Shown piece by piece: positions 13,710 to 25,835 of a stretch of DNA of 64,000 nt. The translations under genes were made by a program, and so were the position numbers. Source of the stretch: Octopus vulgaris (taxonomy: Eukaryota). Positions within the stretch are counted from its first letter, which is position 1. Each line of letters begins with the position of its first letter. The stretch is taken from contig OX597817.1 of the NCBI GenBank assembly GCA_951406725.2, forward strand, positions 59,644,001 through 59,708,000, in the 5' to 3' direction. The notes under the pieces are model-generated. The model did no database searches, was not told the DNA's origin, and saw only the letters and a list, made by a program, of their open reading frames with translations.

Positions 13710-14147
13710 GAAAAGGAATTAGATGCAGTGTGCAAGAGAGAAGACTCTGCTGGTCTGGTCATGTGATGTGGATGGATGCTGACAGTGCCAATCTTTCAAA
13801 GTAGATAGAACATGTGGAAGAGGGAGACCCAGGAAGACATGGGACAAAGTACTGAAACATCACCTTAGGACGCTGAACCTTTTAGATGAGATGACAAAGA
13901 ATCGAGATAACTGGCACCTTGCTGTACTCGACCCATCCTCCACAGAAGTGTTAAGCCTCCCCTCCCCATGAAAAGGATCAGCCTGCGAGAATCTTGGGCT
14001 AGTGCCACATAAAAAGCATTCATGTTGGTGCCATATAGAAGCATCCAGCCGTAGAAACCATACCAAATCCAACTGGAGCCTGATACAGCTTGCCAGCTCT
14101 GATCAAACCGTCCAACCCTTGCCAGCATGGGAAACTGATGATGATGA
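13710..14147 (+). mobile_element. Degenerate RTE LINE 3' fragment
   Basis: GIRCSVQERRL.W.GHV and RGRPRKTW remnants, followed by the RTE 3' UTR and (GAT)n. Confidence 0.7.
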
Positions 14148-15053
14148 TTCCACCCCCCCATAAACTTTTTGTGTAACACTCAATCTCTAAATGTCGTCAG
14201 ACACCAAGTCTAAAGGGGAAGTTGTTCTCAGAGACAAAAATATTTTCATGTCAGAGCACACAGAAATATGTTAAAAATAGATGTACACATCATTATTTGA
14301 ATGCTTGCTGCTTTGTTTATTTCTACTGAATTAATTCCAGTTTGGCAAACATCAGCAAGTGTTTTGCTTGTAGGTTTCTGTATCTGCATAAGAACAAAAG
14401 TTCTTTCCTAGCTCCAAAGTCCTGAGCTGGTGTCTTTAACTGAAGAGGTGAAATTAAATGGAAACATCAGTGTCTGATAGTCCACTGACATCATTTTAAG
14501 CTTGATATGTTTTTACTCGCAGAGTCTATAGGGTTAAAGTTGTTCTCCAAGACAAGAGCAGCAAGTATTATTCCCTTTTGAGTGCAGGAACATTTTGGTA
14601 AAGAATATACAAATTATCAGAGTAATCCATCTCAAAAATGTATCTTACTGTTTACTATTACTGATAAACTGTTTCCTGCTGAGGTTGACTTTGCCTTTCA
14701 TCCTTTCAGAGTTGATAAAATGAGTACCAGTTATGTACTGGGGTCAATGTAATTGACTATCCCCCTCCCCTGAATTGCTGTCCTTGTGCCTAGAGTACAA
14801 AGGATTTTTACTGATTAACTGTGTTACATGGTTAAAATCCATTCTTTGGATTCCTTCCTACAATATTTCTTAGAATAATATTTGGTAATTTCATAAAGTC
14901 CATCTCACTACAGTTTTTGTGTGTGTGGCCTCACTAATGTTGGTACCCAGGGTGAGCCCTTGGGTTACTGGCACTTTAAAACTTTCACAAGGAGAAAAAC
15001 TGACAATGTAGACATGGTGTTCCAGGTGACTACCAAAGTTGCCGGTACCTTAA

Positions 15054-15274
15054 CCCTTTAGTATTTAAACCGGCCATTTCCGGCTCAAATATTCTACCTT
15101 GTTTTATGTTCAGACTGGCCATATTCAGCCTCTCACACCTACCCTACAATCTCATTATAAAAATAAGCAACCACATCATTAAAATCTTAAAGCTACAAGA
15201 TAATGCATGATTACTTCAAAACAGTGTGAATCAAAAAGCATTAAATTTGATAGAGTACTCTGAATATTAAAGGG
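15054..15274. mobile_element. piggyBac-type MITE, second family
   Basis: TTAA|CCCTTTAG ... TAAAGGG|TTAA; same family as 47525-47744. Confidence 0.8.
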
Positions 15275-15901
15275 TTAAGCCGACCCTGCTAGTCCCATGT
15301 AAAAAGCAACCACAACATTCTGTAAAATGGTTGGCATTAGGAAGGGCATTCAGCTGTAGAAGCCTTGCTGAAACAGAAATTAGATTGTGGTGATGGTGAT
15401 ATATATTTGCTGAGCTTCTGGAATTTAAAGACAAATATTGTGAGTGAGAGTTGTCAAGAATTTCTACTGATTTCTATGGAATGGTGAACAGAAGTGCTTG
15501 GAACAGAGTCTGTGGCACAAACTGATGTGCAGGGAGGATGCTGGAGAAGAGGGAATTCCAGTGGAATTACATGTTCTGCGATGTAAATACTGGGAGTTGA
15601 GAAACAGTAAGAGTGACTGAAGTGATTCAATGGAAAAACATTCACCAGTCATTCATCATTTCACAGGAATTTTCTCTTGCAGTAATGAATGACCAAGTTT
15701 ATTGACTTCACTCTAAATTCAACAATTATAGAATAATGGTCAGTGCCAGGAAGGTCATCTGGCCATAGAATGTTGCCTCAGCAATTCTCGTCCGATTCAT
15801 ACCAGCAATGAAACGATGGACATAAAAATGATGATGACCATGATTTCAGCTGATTGAATTGACTGAGGATATCTTTTTGCTGAGATACTACAACTTACAA
15901 T

Positions 15902-16275
15902 TACTCTTTTACTTGTTTCAGTCATTTGACTGTGGCCATGCTGGAGCACCGCCATTAGTCGAGCAAGCCAACCCCAGGACTTATTCTTTGTAAGCCTAGT
16001 ACTTATTCTTTGTAAGCCTAGTACTTATTCTATCGGTCTCTTTTGTCGAACCGCTAAGTTACGGAGACGTAAACACACCAGCATCGGTTGTCAAGCAATG
16101 TTGGGGGGACAAACACAGACACACACATACATATATATATGTACATATATGTGACTGGCTTCTTTCAGTTTCCGTATACCAAATCCACTCACAAGGCTTT
16201 GGTTGACCCGAGGCTATAGTAGAAGACTATAGGTGCCACGCAAGCTACTTACCACACAGCCACTCCTACGCCTAC
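15902..16275 (-). mobile_element. tRNA-derived SINE family 1 (internally deleted head)
   Basis: Matches the copy at 44906-45245; tail GGCGGTGCTCCAGCATGGCC-CAGTCAAATGACTG-AAACAAGTAAAAGAG. Confidence 0.85.
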
Positions 16276-16473
16276 TTGTGCATCTTCTCTTATCAACTCT
16301 TGTTATCTACATTTCTATATCAAAGCAGATTATTAAACAAACATGATAAAACATGCCTTATTAATGACACACCAAAACTCACCATCAAACATGAGATGAG
16401 GGAGTATGCCACAGCGAGGCAACATCACAGCATAGTATTATCCAGTGTATCACTTTGTAGCATAAAAAAAAAA

Positions 16474-16900
16474 ATAATAATAATGAAATTATTGTATACA
16501 GTGCTCAGATGCACCACAACTTGTCAGAAAGTGCATATAAAGTACATGCAGTAATGTAGAAATATCTGGAAAGCGAACAATGTATGAGTCAGATACATGC
16601 TTGTGTGTGTATGGAGGGGAGAAAATCAAGTGTAGTGTTGGCGAATCTCAGGAAGCATGGAAGTTTTGAAGGATGCAGTGCTCCGACAACTAACAACTGA
16701 TGCCGGCAGTTTGTTCCATGCTTCAGCAACTCTCAGCGGGAAAAAATGTTCCCTGAAGTCATGGGAGCTGTGCTGTTTTCTTACTTTGTAAATATGTCCA
16801 CGGGTGTTAGATGGGTGGAGTTTGAAATGGTGCTCAGAGTTATTGTTTGTACGATGGTTGATAATTTTATGGGTGTCTGCCAAGTCAGCTGCCAGACGTC
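16474..16900 (-). mobile_element. 5'-truncated CR1/L2-group LINE, same family as 10724-11272
   Basis: TRGHIYKVRKQHSSHDFREHFFPLRVAEAWNKLPASVV and the same 3' UTR. Confidence 0.85.
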
Positions 16901-18268
16901 GGATTTATTCAATAGCAATGTGATCATCACCGTAAAGAGTGCCACGTATTGAACATAGAATGATATGTTAAGGAAATTATTGGTTATGTTTTAGCATTCA
17001 GGTGAGCAATGTATATGAAATGTCTCTGAAAATTGTGGAAACCGGAAATGAAATTGACGTTAATTTTTCTATGGGGAAACCATAAACATTACTCTCTCAT
17101 TTCTTCTTAATAAATCTGAGGTATTGTAACCAGGTAAGATATTTTTTGTTCTTCCTGTATAATTCCATTCACATTTTGATGACCGCATTTAATAGCATAA
17201 AAGATGCACGGGTATAGTAGACTCATAAGAATTTCAAGAAGCAAGACCAGGGACAAAGTTAGTTTATGAGAGGCTTTATTTCACATATAGGACCTAAGGT
17301 GACTTGAGACATATTTCACAAAACAAAAGTGTTTCTTATATGCCATCAAATACCATCATTTATGGAAATATTAAATGGAGCCAGGATTCCGAGTGGTAAT
17401 TTCTTTTTTGAGACATGTTTCTTGGAGTGAATTCTAACATATAAAACACTTCAAACTAATTCCAATTTTATTTTATTTATTGTGTGACTACTGACGTTGG
17501 AAAGTTGTCTCTAAACTTTCTCTTTCATAAAAAATGCATTTCGTCCGATTTGACTTCCTGAATTCAAATTCCACCAAGGTCTACTTTGCTTTTCATTCTT
17601 TCAGGGTCGACAAAATAAAGGTACTTTTTGTTTATCTCACCCCCATTAAAAACTGGGTTATCTCCCCACTAAAAAATCGAGTGGCGACAAGAGATTGGAT
17701 TAAAAGAGTTTAATCCTTTTGATTCAATACTTCAACACAATGTTGACTTTTGGCCTTCTTAATAGGAATGGAATGATTTGTTATAAAAATGTTATTAGAT
17801 TCAGTAAGATGTTTAATTTTTTTCAGTTTTCATGTTTATTAACTTTTTCAGATTTGTATGATTTATTATAAAAAATATCATCAGATTCAACGTTTAATTT
17901 TCTCACTTTCCATGTTTATTAATCTTTCTTTTTTTAAATTGACGGTTAAACAATATTTTAGTTGGGGGAGATGACCAAAAAGTAACAAAACAAGCAGACC
18001 CTGTACCAAAATTTGAAACCAATAGTTTGCACATGTCAGTTCAGTTATAATAATAATGAAATTATTGTATACAGTGCTCAGGTGCACCAGTAGTGAGCGA
18101 CTTGGAAAAAAACCAACAAAACTTGAATAGTTCTAAGTAGAGAAATTTTTGGTAAACTCAAACAAATTAACGTGGAAAGAAAACGTTTCTGTGGAAGACG
18201 GGAAGAATCAAGACTTGTTCGTTACACAGCGATGCCTCGGTGTTAGCGGAAATGTTTAAACAGTTAAT

Positions 18269-18304
18269 TGTTTACATTATTCACCGGCTTCGTTACTAAG
18301 TAAC
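18269..18304. promoter_or_regulatory. Candidate forkhead site (TGTTTAC) + RFX X-box-like palindrome (GTTACTAAGTAAC) in a CpG-retaining patch
   Basis: Motifs at 18269-18275 and 18292-18304; local CpG enrichment at ~18170-18350 in non-repeat sequence. Confidence 0.4.
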
Positions 18305-18752
18305 GCTCATTCATTATGCATGTCGCGGTTCTGTTTGCTTAAAGCGAAGCATTTGAAGGTAATTCAATTTAAAAGTATGGAATTATTATTATTTTTCTTT
18401 TTTATGTAACACTGGGGTTAAAAACATTACAATGACGGACTTTGGCTATTGTTTTCACCATTTAGTAACAGAAAAAAGACAGCGCTTATGGCTTTTATAT
18501 TCAGAGTCCCCAAGACTGGAAGAGAGACAGCAACAGAGGCAGAAACAAATAAACAAGAAAGCTGACTTTGAGACATGTTTCTTGGAGTGAATTCTAACAT
18601 ATAAAACACTTCAGACTAATTCCAGTTTTATTTTATTTATTATGTGACTACTGAGGTTGGAAAGTTGTCTTTAAACTGTCTCTTTCATAAAAACTCCGTC
18701 AATTATTTCGAATATAATCCTTTTAATGCAAAGCATAAAATATTATCGCATT

Positions 18753-19107
18753 TTACTCTTTTACTTGTTTCAGTCATTTGACTGCGGCCATGCTGGGGCA
18801 CCGCCTTTAGTCGAGCAAATCGACCCCGGGACTTATTCTTTGTAAGCCCAGTACTTATTCTATCGGTCTATTTTGCCGAACCGCTAAGTGACGGGGGCGT
18901 AAACACACCAGCATCGGTTGTCAAGCAATGCTAGGGGGACAAACACACTATATATATATATATATACGACAGGCTTCTTTCGGTTTCCGTCTACCAAATC
19001 CACTCACAAGGCATTGGTCAGCCCGGAGCTATAGCAGAAGACATTTGCCGAAGATGCCACGCAGTGGGACTGAACCCGGAACCATGTGGTTGGTTAGCAA
19101 GCTACTT
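18753..19107 (-). mobile_element. SINE family 1, split by an insertion (its 5' end is at 21124-21158)
   Basis: The SINE sequence resumes after the 15-bp duplication GTTAGCAAGCTACTT. Confidence 0.9.
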
Positions 19108-21123
19108 TATTTTAAATAATTTGCCACTAGGGCAGCACACAGAGTAGTAGCTACGGGCTGGACAAGGACATTAATGGATGATGGTGGTGGTTGATGAAGA
19201 TGGTGATGGAGAAGTCGAAAGCGCCCGCCGACTTTTGCTTCTCTAAAACAATGTTTCAATAAATACATTTAATAAACAATGATTCAAATTACATAAAAAT
19301 GTTCAACAATTCTTCTCGTCAGGTCCCCGAAGCAAATTGTCTTGCCGCCTGCAGACAACTCTGCGACGACAAGTCGGGGCCTGCAAAGAGAAAGGTAAAG
19401 TCTTTCTTTTCAAAGGTCTCTGCGACCCTTGACAAAGTATTTCTGTTACTTTTTCCGCAGCTACCTGCGGAGGCCATAACGGACTCCTTGAGCCGACCGT
19501 GTCCTTACGCTCTCGGTCACCCAAGCCATTCAAGAATCTTTCAACCTCCTCTCCCTTGTGGTAAAGGAGGAGAAGCATCTCCTCTTCACAGGGAGGGACC
19601 TCACACTGCTCCGTCGGTGGCACACTTCCTACTGGCGGAGCCTTGTCCGCGGGTGGCACACATCCCACCCGCGGCTCCGTCGGCGACACAGAAACGTCAG
19701 TCGTCCGACCTCTCCTTTTTCTCCTCCTTCTTTTAGGGGAGACTGCTGACCCAGGGGACTCCGTCACCAGACACGGGGGATTGCTATCCCCCTTCGCCCC
19801 CTGAGCGTTCTTTGGCGGGCAACCATTGTTGCTCGCCTTTCTCTTTTTTTCGTGGAGGCAACCTCCTCCACGACTTCCATCGTCTCCCCCTCCAATGAGG
19901 GGGCGGCGGGCGTCTTTTCCCCTCTCTGCTCCGGGGCACCACCACGGCCCCTGGGACAATTCTTCCTGATATGTCCGGGCTTCAGGCACAGGTGACACTT
20001 GGGGGTGCGACCCTCGAGTATCACCGGGTACCTGTGCCCAGCCATTCTCAGGAAGTCCGGGAATTTCATTTCCCCCACGGCTACCGGTGTCCACAGGGTC
20101 AAAGTTGCCCTCGACCCCTGCCAGGCGACCGCGGGAGCCACCTTCACACTCAGCAGTCTGGGTCCGCTATCCCCCAGGCCTCGCCGGATGGTCTTCTCGA
20201 TCCATTCCGCCTCCGTGCCCGGGGGCAGCCCACACACCCAGGCTCTTTTCACTTTTCTGCCACAATACGAGGGGAGGAACAAAATTTCCTCTCCCTCCAG
20301 TGGCTCGCTAGCAAATCTGCTAGCTTCCTCGGGGGTACCAAACAGCAACCAGACCGTTGCAAATTTACTCCCCCGAGAAATAAATTTTATAGTTGGCAGG
20401 TAGTCCCCCAACTCTTTCTCTATAGTATTCTTGTCGAAGAGGGCAATGGCTCCACGCGACCTAGAATAGGTTCGTAGGACCACCGGCCTCTTCTCAAGAC
20501 TTTCAATCCACTGCTTGGGTGGGACGACCTCCCATTCCAAAGCGGTGGTTTCTTTTGTTGCCATGTTTTTTTTGTTTGTTTTTTTTTTTAAATAAATGTA
20601 TTTAGAATAAAACTAAAAAACGAGAAGAAAAAAAAGAAAAGGAAATCCGAAGAAAGTCACAATGAAAAACGGAGAGAGTCAAATAAAGTTGAAAAGAAAG
20701 TCAAATAAAGTTGAAAAGAAAGTCAAATAAAGTTAAAAAGAAAGTCAAAAACACAGCAAAATCCTTTTGGCCATTTGGTACTCCCGGCCTAAATCGAACC
20801 AGGATCGCACAACTTCCACATAAATTGGTGTAAAATTGGTAGTTCTTCACAGCACCATACAATTTTCACAATTCGAAGACGGATACGCCCCCCAAAATTT
20901 TCTCAGCGAGAAAAATATATCTGCCACATGTCGGCAGAATCAGAATTCTGAATCCAGTAGGACTTCCTGCATGTAAAAAATAATTCTCAACAAAAACTCC
21001 CACTGGACCCAGAAAACAGAATCTTACCTTACATGGGGCTTCCAAAGTTTCAATTCAAGACGGCTTCAAAAGCACATCTTCACTGCTTCAGTAGCAAACA
21101 CAACACTGACTCGCACATGCGCA
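19108..21123 (-). mobile_element. ORF1-only non-LTR retroelement (L1/Tx1-clade derived, HAL1-like)
   Basis: 15-bp TSD at 19093-19107 and 21124-21138; ~560-bp 5' UTR, zinc-knuckle ORF, short 3' UTR ending A-rich; no endonuclease or RT. Confidence 0.8.
19764..20564 (-). CDS. L1/Tx1-type ORF1 nucleic-acid-binding protein with CCHC zinc knuckle; probably continues to ~19303 through a frameshift
   Basis: 266-aa ORF with VCGLPP and LEGRTPKCHLCLKPGHIRKNCP (CX2CX4HX4C). An overlapping open frame continues past the A-run near 19845. Confidence 0.75.
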   Translation of the reverse strand: MATKETTALEWEVVPPKQWIESLEKRPVVLRTYSRSRGAIALFDKNTIEKELGDYLPTIKFISRGSKFATVWLLFGTPEEASRFASEPLEGEEILFLPSYCGRKVKRAWVCGLPPGTEAEWIEKTIRRGLGDSGPRLLSVKVAPAVAWQGSRATLTLWTPVAVGEMKFPDFLRMAGHRYPVILEGRTPKCHLCLKPGHIRKNCPRGRGGAPEQRGEKTPAAPSLEGETMEVVEEVASTKKRERRATMVARQRTLRGRRGIAIPRVW

Positions 21124-22852
21124 GTTAGCAAGCTACTTACCACACAGCCACTCCTGCGTTACTGAATATTATTTTTAATAAATTTTCCTCTCTGGCCGAA
21201 CTGGTTGTTGTTCAGTCCCATTGTTATCCACTTGGTATTCCGTTTTTTATTCGGACATAAGTATACCTCAAGCTATTTAATCCAACATGTCCATTTTTTT
21301 TCCTTTTAAGGCGGTAGGGTGTGCTTAAACCTTTGCCTCTCGTGTCTCCTGACACACAGGATATATCTTTCCCCGTTGTCCATGTATCATTCTTGATACA
21401 CATTCCCATTTTTTTCTCTCAACTACGGAGTAACTCGGGACTTCTGAGAGGAAAGCTTCATATTTCTGTGGACATGAAACAGGAGCTGACCAGAAGTATG
21501 AAAACAAGCATGGACCTTTACGACAAACTTATGAAATTGTTTCGGACAAGTAGAGGGTTAAGAGAGCATTGCTGTTTATTTATTTAAAGCAAACGACCAC
21601 ATAGACGCTCTTTCACATTGGTTCACTGCATTTTAAGCTGTTCACTTTTGTAAAGGAAACAAAAAAACAAGTCATCTCTCTCTCTCTCCATGTTGTCCGG
21701 CCACACTTTGCGTAGACACGTGTCACTTAGACTCTTAATGTTTCGGTTACAGTTTTGTTTTCATCAAAATCTCCTCTGCTGGGTGTTAGTAATACCCTCG
21801 GTTGAAACAAGAATTGTCAAAAGTCAATGTTTCAACTTAAGACGCATTATTTCCTTTTTTTCTCTTCTCTTTTCTAGTAAGATTGCTGGGGGGGGGGGGG
21901 GGGGACAGTACCCATCCCCTCCCCCCAAAATATTGTTACGGTAAGAAGTTCATACATATCTCCTGAAATCTCAAAATTCTTTTCCACCTCAAAACTTTAA
22001 AGGGCCTTTAAGGGCAGAGGTATCTCTTTAGTTCCATAATTGACTCGTGTCTTCTGTTACAATTTCATTCGTCTTGGTAGGATTTTGAGTTCTTTAGAAA
22101 TTAACCCAATCACACAATTCTCCAAATTCATCATTGTTTTAACATCCACTTTTCTATACTTGCATGGCTCAGACAGAATTTGTTGTAGATCTTCTCTGAC
22201 TAATGCCCTTATTTGTCGCCAATTTTCTGTTGCTTCAAAGTGAAGTAATAGTTTCCCATGGACAGATATGTTTTTCCAGAAGATTGTAAAGGAAGGACAC
22301 TGCTTATATGACAGTGCATTCGCTTTTTTACAACTACCACTAGATGTCAAGACGAGGGGATACAAACACACAGACATATATCCATGCATGCATGCACACG
22401 CACACACACACTCCATATACAGGCACAGGCATAGCCATGTGGCAAGAAGTTAGCATTCCAGCCATGTGGCTTTGAGTTCAGTCCCACTGTGTGGCACCTT
22501 GAGCAAGTGTCTTCTATCATAGCTGTGGGTCGACCAAAGCCTTGAGTGGATTTGATAGACAGCAACTGAAAGAAGTACATCATATATATATATATTGTTT
22601 TCGTATACATTTGCTGCTTTTTTTCCAAGGAATCTAGTGCTCTTAGCTTAGTTTTTCCTTGGAGCTGGCCAGACTGGAGCAATCTCAAGTATATAACCAG
22701 CTGAAATTTGCAAAGATAATCTGGAACTCAACTGAAGAAAGAAACTATGAATGACCCATCCTTGTATTTTCTTGTCCCTTTTTTTTTATCACCTAGCTGT
22801 CTGGATGTTTTGCATTCTTGTCCCATTTTTTGTATTCCTTTATATATATATA

Positions 22853-23093
22853 TCATCATCATCATCATCATCGTTTAACGTCCGTTTTCCGCGCTAGCAC
22901 GGGTTGGACGGTTTCGACCGGGGTCTGGGGAGCTCGGGACTGCCCCAGGCTCCAGTCTAGTCTGGCAGTGTTTCTACAGCTGGATGCCCTTCCTAACGCC
23001 AACCACTCCGCGAGTGTAGTGGGTGTTTTTTACGTGCCACCTGCACAGGTGCCAGAGGGGTCTGGCATCGGCCACGTTCGGATGGTGCTTTTT
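22853..23093 (-). mobile_element. Young RTE 3'-tail module at the end of a composite element
   Basis: CpG-rich copy of the RTE 3' UTR; its (GAT)n tail abuts (TA)n at 22841-22852. Confidence 0.85.
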
Positions 23094-24060
23094 ATGGGGG
23101 GGGGGTGCAGAAATATAGGGGAGCACCAGTGGGAGGGGTGGTTCAGAGGACAGGTACTAGTCAAGTAGAACGTAGGATATCGAGAGAGGGGTAATGCATG
23201 GTGAAATAGCGTATTGAAGAGGGGGGTTCAAAGAGTAGACACCTATAATGGTGGTGGGGGGTGCAGAAATATAGGGGAGCAGCGTATTGAAGAGGGGGGT
23301 TCAAAGAGTAGACACCTATAATGGTGGTGGGGGGTGCAGAAATATAGGGGAGCAGCGTATTGAAGAGGGGGTTCAAAGAGTAGACACCTATAATGGTGGT
23401 GGGGGGTGCAGAAATATAGGAGAGCACCAGTGGGAGGGGTGGTTCAGGGGACAGGTTCTAGGCAAGTAGAACGTAGGATATCGAGAGAGGGGTAATGCAT
23501 GGTGAAATAGCGTATTGAAGAGGGGGTTCAAAGAGTAGACACCTATTATGGTGGTGGGGGGGATGCAGAAATATAGGGGAGCACCAGTGGGAGGGGTGGT
23601 TCAGAGGACAGGTTCTAGGCAAGTAGAATGTAGGATATCGAGAGAGGGGTAATGCATGGTGAATAGCGTATTGAAGAGGGGGTTCAAAGAGTAGACACCT
23701 ATAATGGTGGTGGGGGGTGCAGAAATATAGGGGAGCACCAGTGGGAGGGGTGGTTCAGAGGACAGGTTCTAGGCAAGTAGAACGTAGGATATCGAGAGAG
23801 GGGTAATGCGTGGTGAAATAGCGTATTGAAGAGGGGGGTTCAAAGAGTAGACACCTATAATGGTGGTGGGGGGATGCAGAAATATAGGGGAGCACCAGTG
23901 GGTGAGCACCAGTGGGAGGGGTGAGCACCAGTGGGAGGGGTGGTCCAGAGGACAGGTTCTAGGCAAGTAGAACGTAGGATATCGAGAGAGGGGTAATGCA
24001 TGGTGAAATAGCGTATTGAAGAGGGGGTTCAAAGAGTAGACACCTATAATGGTGGTGGGA
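23094..24060. repeat. G-rich VNTR, ~156-bp unit with ~72-bp sub-repeat
   Basis: CAAGTAGAA marker at 23162, 23463, 23620, 23774, 23964. Confidence 0.95.
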
Positions 24061-24137
24061 GAAAAACGACATCCGGTATAGTTGGAGCAAAATAGAGATA
24101 TCCGGTATTGGTGGTGGGGGTGGGTAGGGCGGGCGCG

Positions 24138-25793
24138 CCGCGAAGAATCGGCAGCCAATTTCTATAAGGGAGATAGATCTTAAAAAATATCAATAATGAT
24201 AACTAGTGAATTATACAGAATATGCAAAACGAGGCGAGGCGAGGCGAGGCTGAAATAGTAAACAGAGTGGCGACTAGGGGGATCAGAATAATAATAATTA
24301 ATAAATAATAATAATAAATAGAGATACGGATGAATTAAAGTTCAAAGATTTCTTATCTTGAGATCACTTCGTTTACGGACAGACTTGGCAAAAGGAATTC
24401 GGAATCAAGAATGAGGCAGTTTACTAGTTTAAGTATGCAATAGCCATGGCGGGTGGTAGGAAGAGAGGAGTCCAGACAGACGACAATGTAACAAGAGGGG
24501 GAGAGAAGGGAAGAGAAAAAGAAAAACCCCGCGAAGAATCGGCAGCCAATTTCTATAAGGGAGATAGATCTTAAAAAATATCAATAATGATAACTAGTGA
24601 ATTATACAGAATATGCAAAACGAGGCGAGGCGAGGCGAGGCTGAAATAGTAAACAGAGTGGCGACTAGGGGGATCAGAATAATAATAATTAATAAATAAT
24701 AATAATAAATAGAGATACGGATGAATTAAAGTTCAAAGATTTCTTATCTTGAGATCACTTCGTTTACGGACAGACTTGGCAAAAGGAATTCGGAATCAAG
24801 AATGAGGCAGTTTACTAGTTTAAGTATGCAATAGCCATGGCGGGTGGTAGGAAGAGAGGAGTCCAGACAGACGACAATGTAACAAGAGGGGGAGAGAAGG
24901 GAAGAGAAAAAGAAAAACCCCGCGAAGAATCGGCAGCCAATTTCTATAAGGGAGATAGATCTTAAAAAATATCAATAATGATAACTAGTGAATTATACAG
25001 AATATGCAAAACGAGGCGAGGCGAGGCGAGGCTGAAATAGTAAACAGAGTGGCGACTAGGGGGATCAGAATAATAATAATTAATAAATAATAATAATAAA
25101 TAGAGATACGGATGAATTAAAGTTCAAAGATTTCTTATCTTGAGATCACTTCGTTTACGGACAGACTTGGCAAAAGGAATTCGGAATCAAGAATGAGGCA
25201 GTTTACTAGTTTAAGTATGCAATAGCCATGGCGGGTGGTAGGAAGAGAGAGTCCAGACAGACGACAATGTAACAAGAGGGGGAGAGAAGGGAAGAGAAAA
25301 AGAAAAACCCCGCGAAGAATCGGCAGCCAATTTCTATAAGGGAGATAGATCTTAAAAAATATCAATAATGATAACTAGTGAATTATACAGAATATGCAAA
25401 ACGAGGCGAGGCGAGGCGAGGCTGAAATAGTAAACAGAGTGGCGACTAGGGGGATCAGAATAATAATAATTAATAAATAATAATAATAAATAGAGATACG
25501 GATGAATTAAAGTTCAAAGATTTCTTATCTTGAGATCACTTCGTTTACGGACAGACTTGGCAAAAGGAATTCGGAATCAAGAATGAGGCAGTTTACTAGT
25601 TTAAGTATGCAATAGCCATGGCGGGTGGTAGGAAGAGAGGAGTCCAGACAGACGACAATGTAACAAGAGGGGGAGAGAAGGGAAGAGAAAAAGAAAAACC
25701 CCGCGAAGAATCGGCAGCCAATTTCTATAAGGGAGATAGATCTTAAAAAATATCAATAATGATAACTAGTGAATTATACAGAATATGCAAAAC

Positions 25794-25795
<2 letters not shown>
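24138..25795. repeat. Tandem array of ~4.25 near-identical 391-bp units
   Basis: CCGCGAAGAATCGG starts at 24138, 24529, 24920, 25310, 25701; only a 1-bp indel noticed between units. Confidence 0.97.

Positions 25796-25835
<40 letters not shown>

Noticed and set aside
14324-14440. Possible minus-strand terminal exon LKTPAQDFGARKELLFLCRY...
   Set aside because: The acceptor is good, but I recognise no homology and found no compatible partner exon.
17407-18693. TRIM / small LTR element
   Set aside because: The direct repeats lack TG..CA termini, PBS, PPT and TSD.
22057-22416. 119-aa minus-strand ORF
   Set aside because: It starts in a microsatellite/SINE remnant, has no recognisable domain and no convincing splice sites.
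23094-25795. CRISPR-like array
   Set aside because: Units are contiguous tandem repeats with no unique spacers, there are no cas genes, and the context is eukaryotic.
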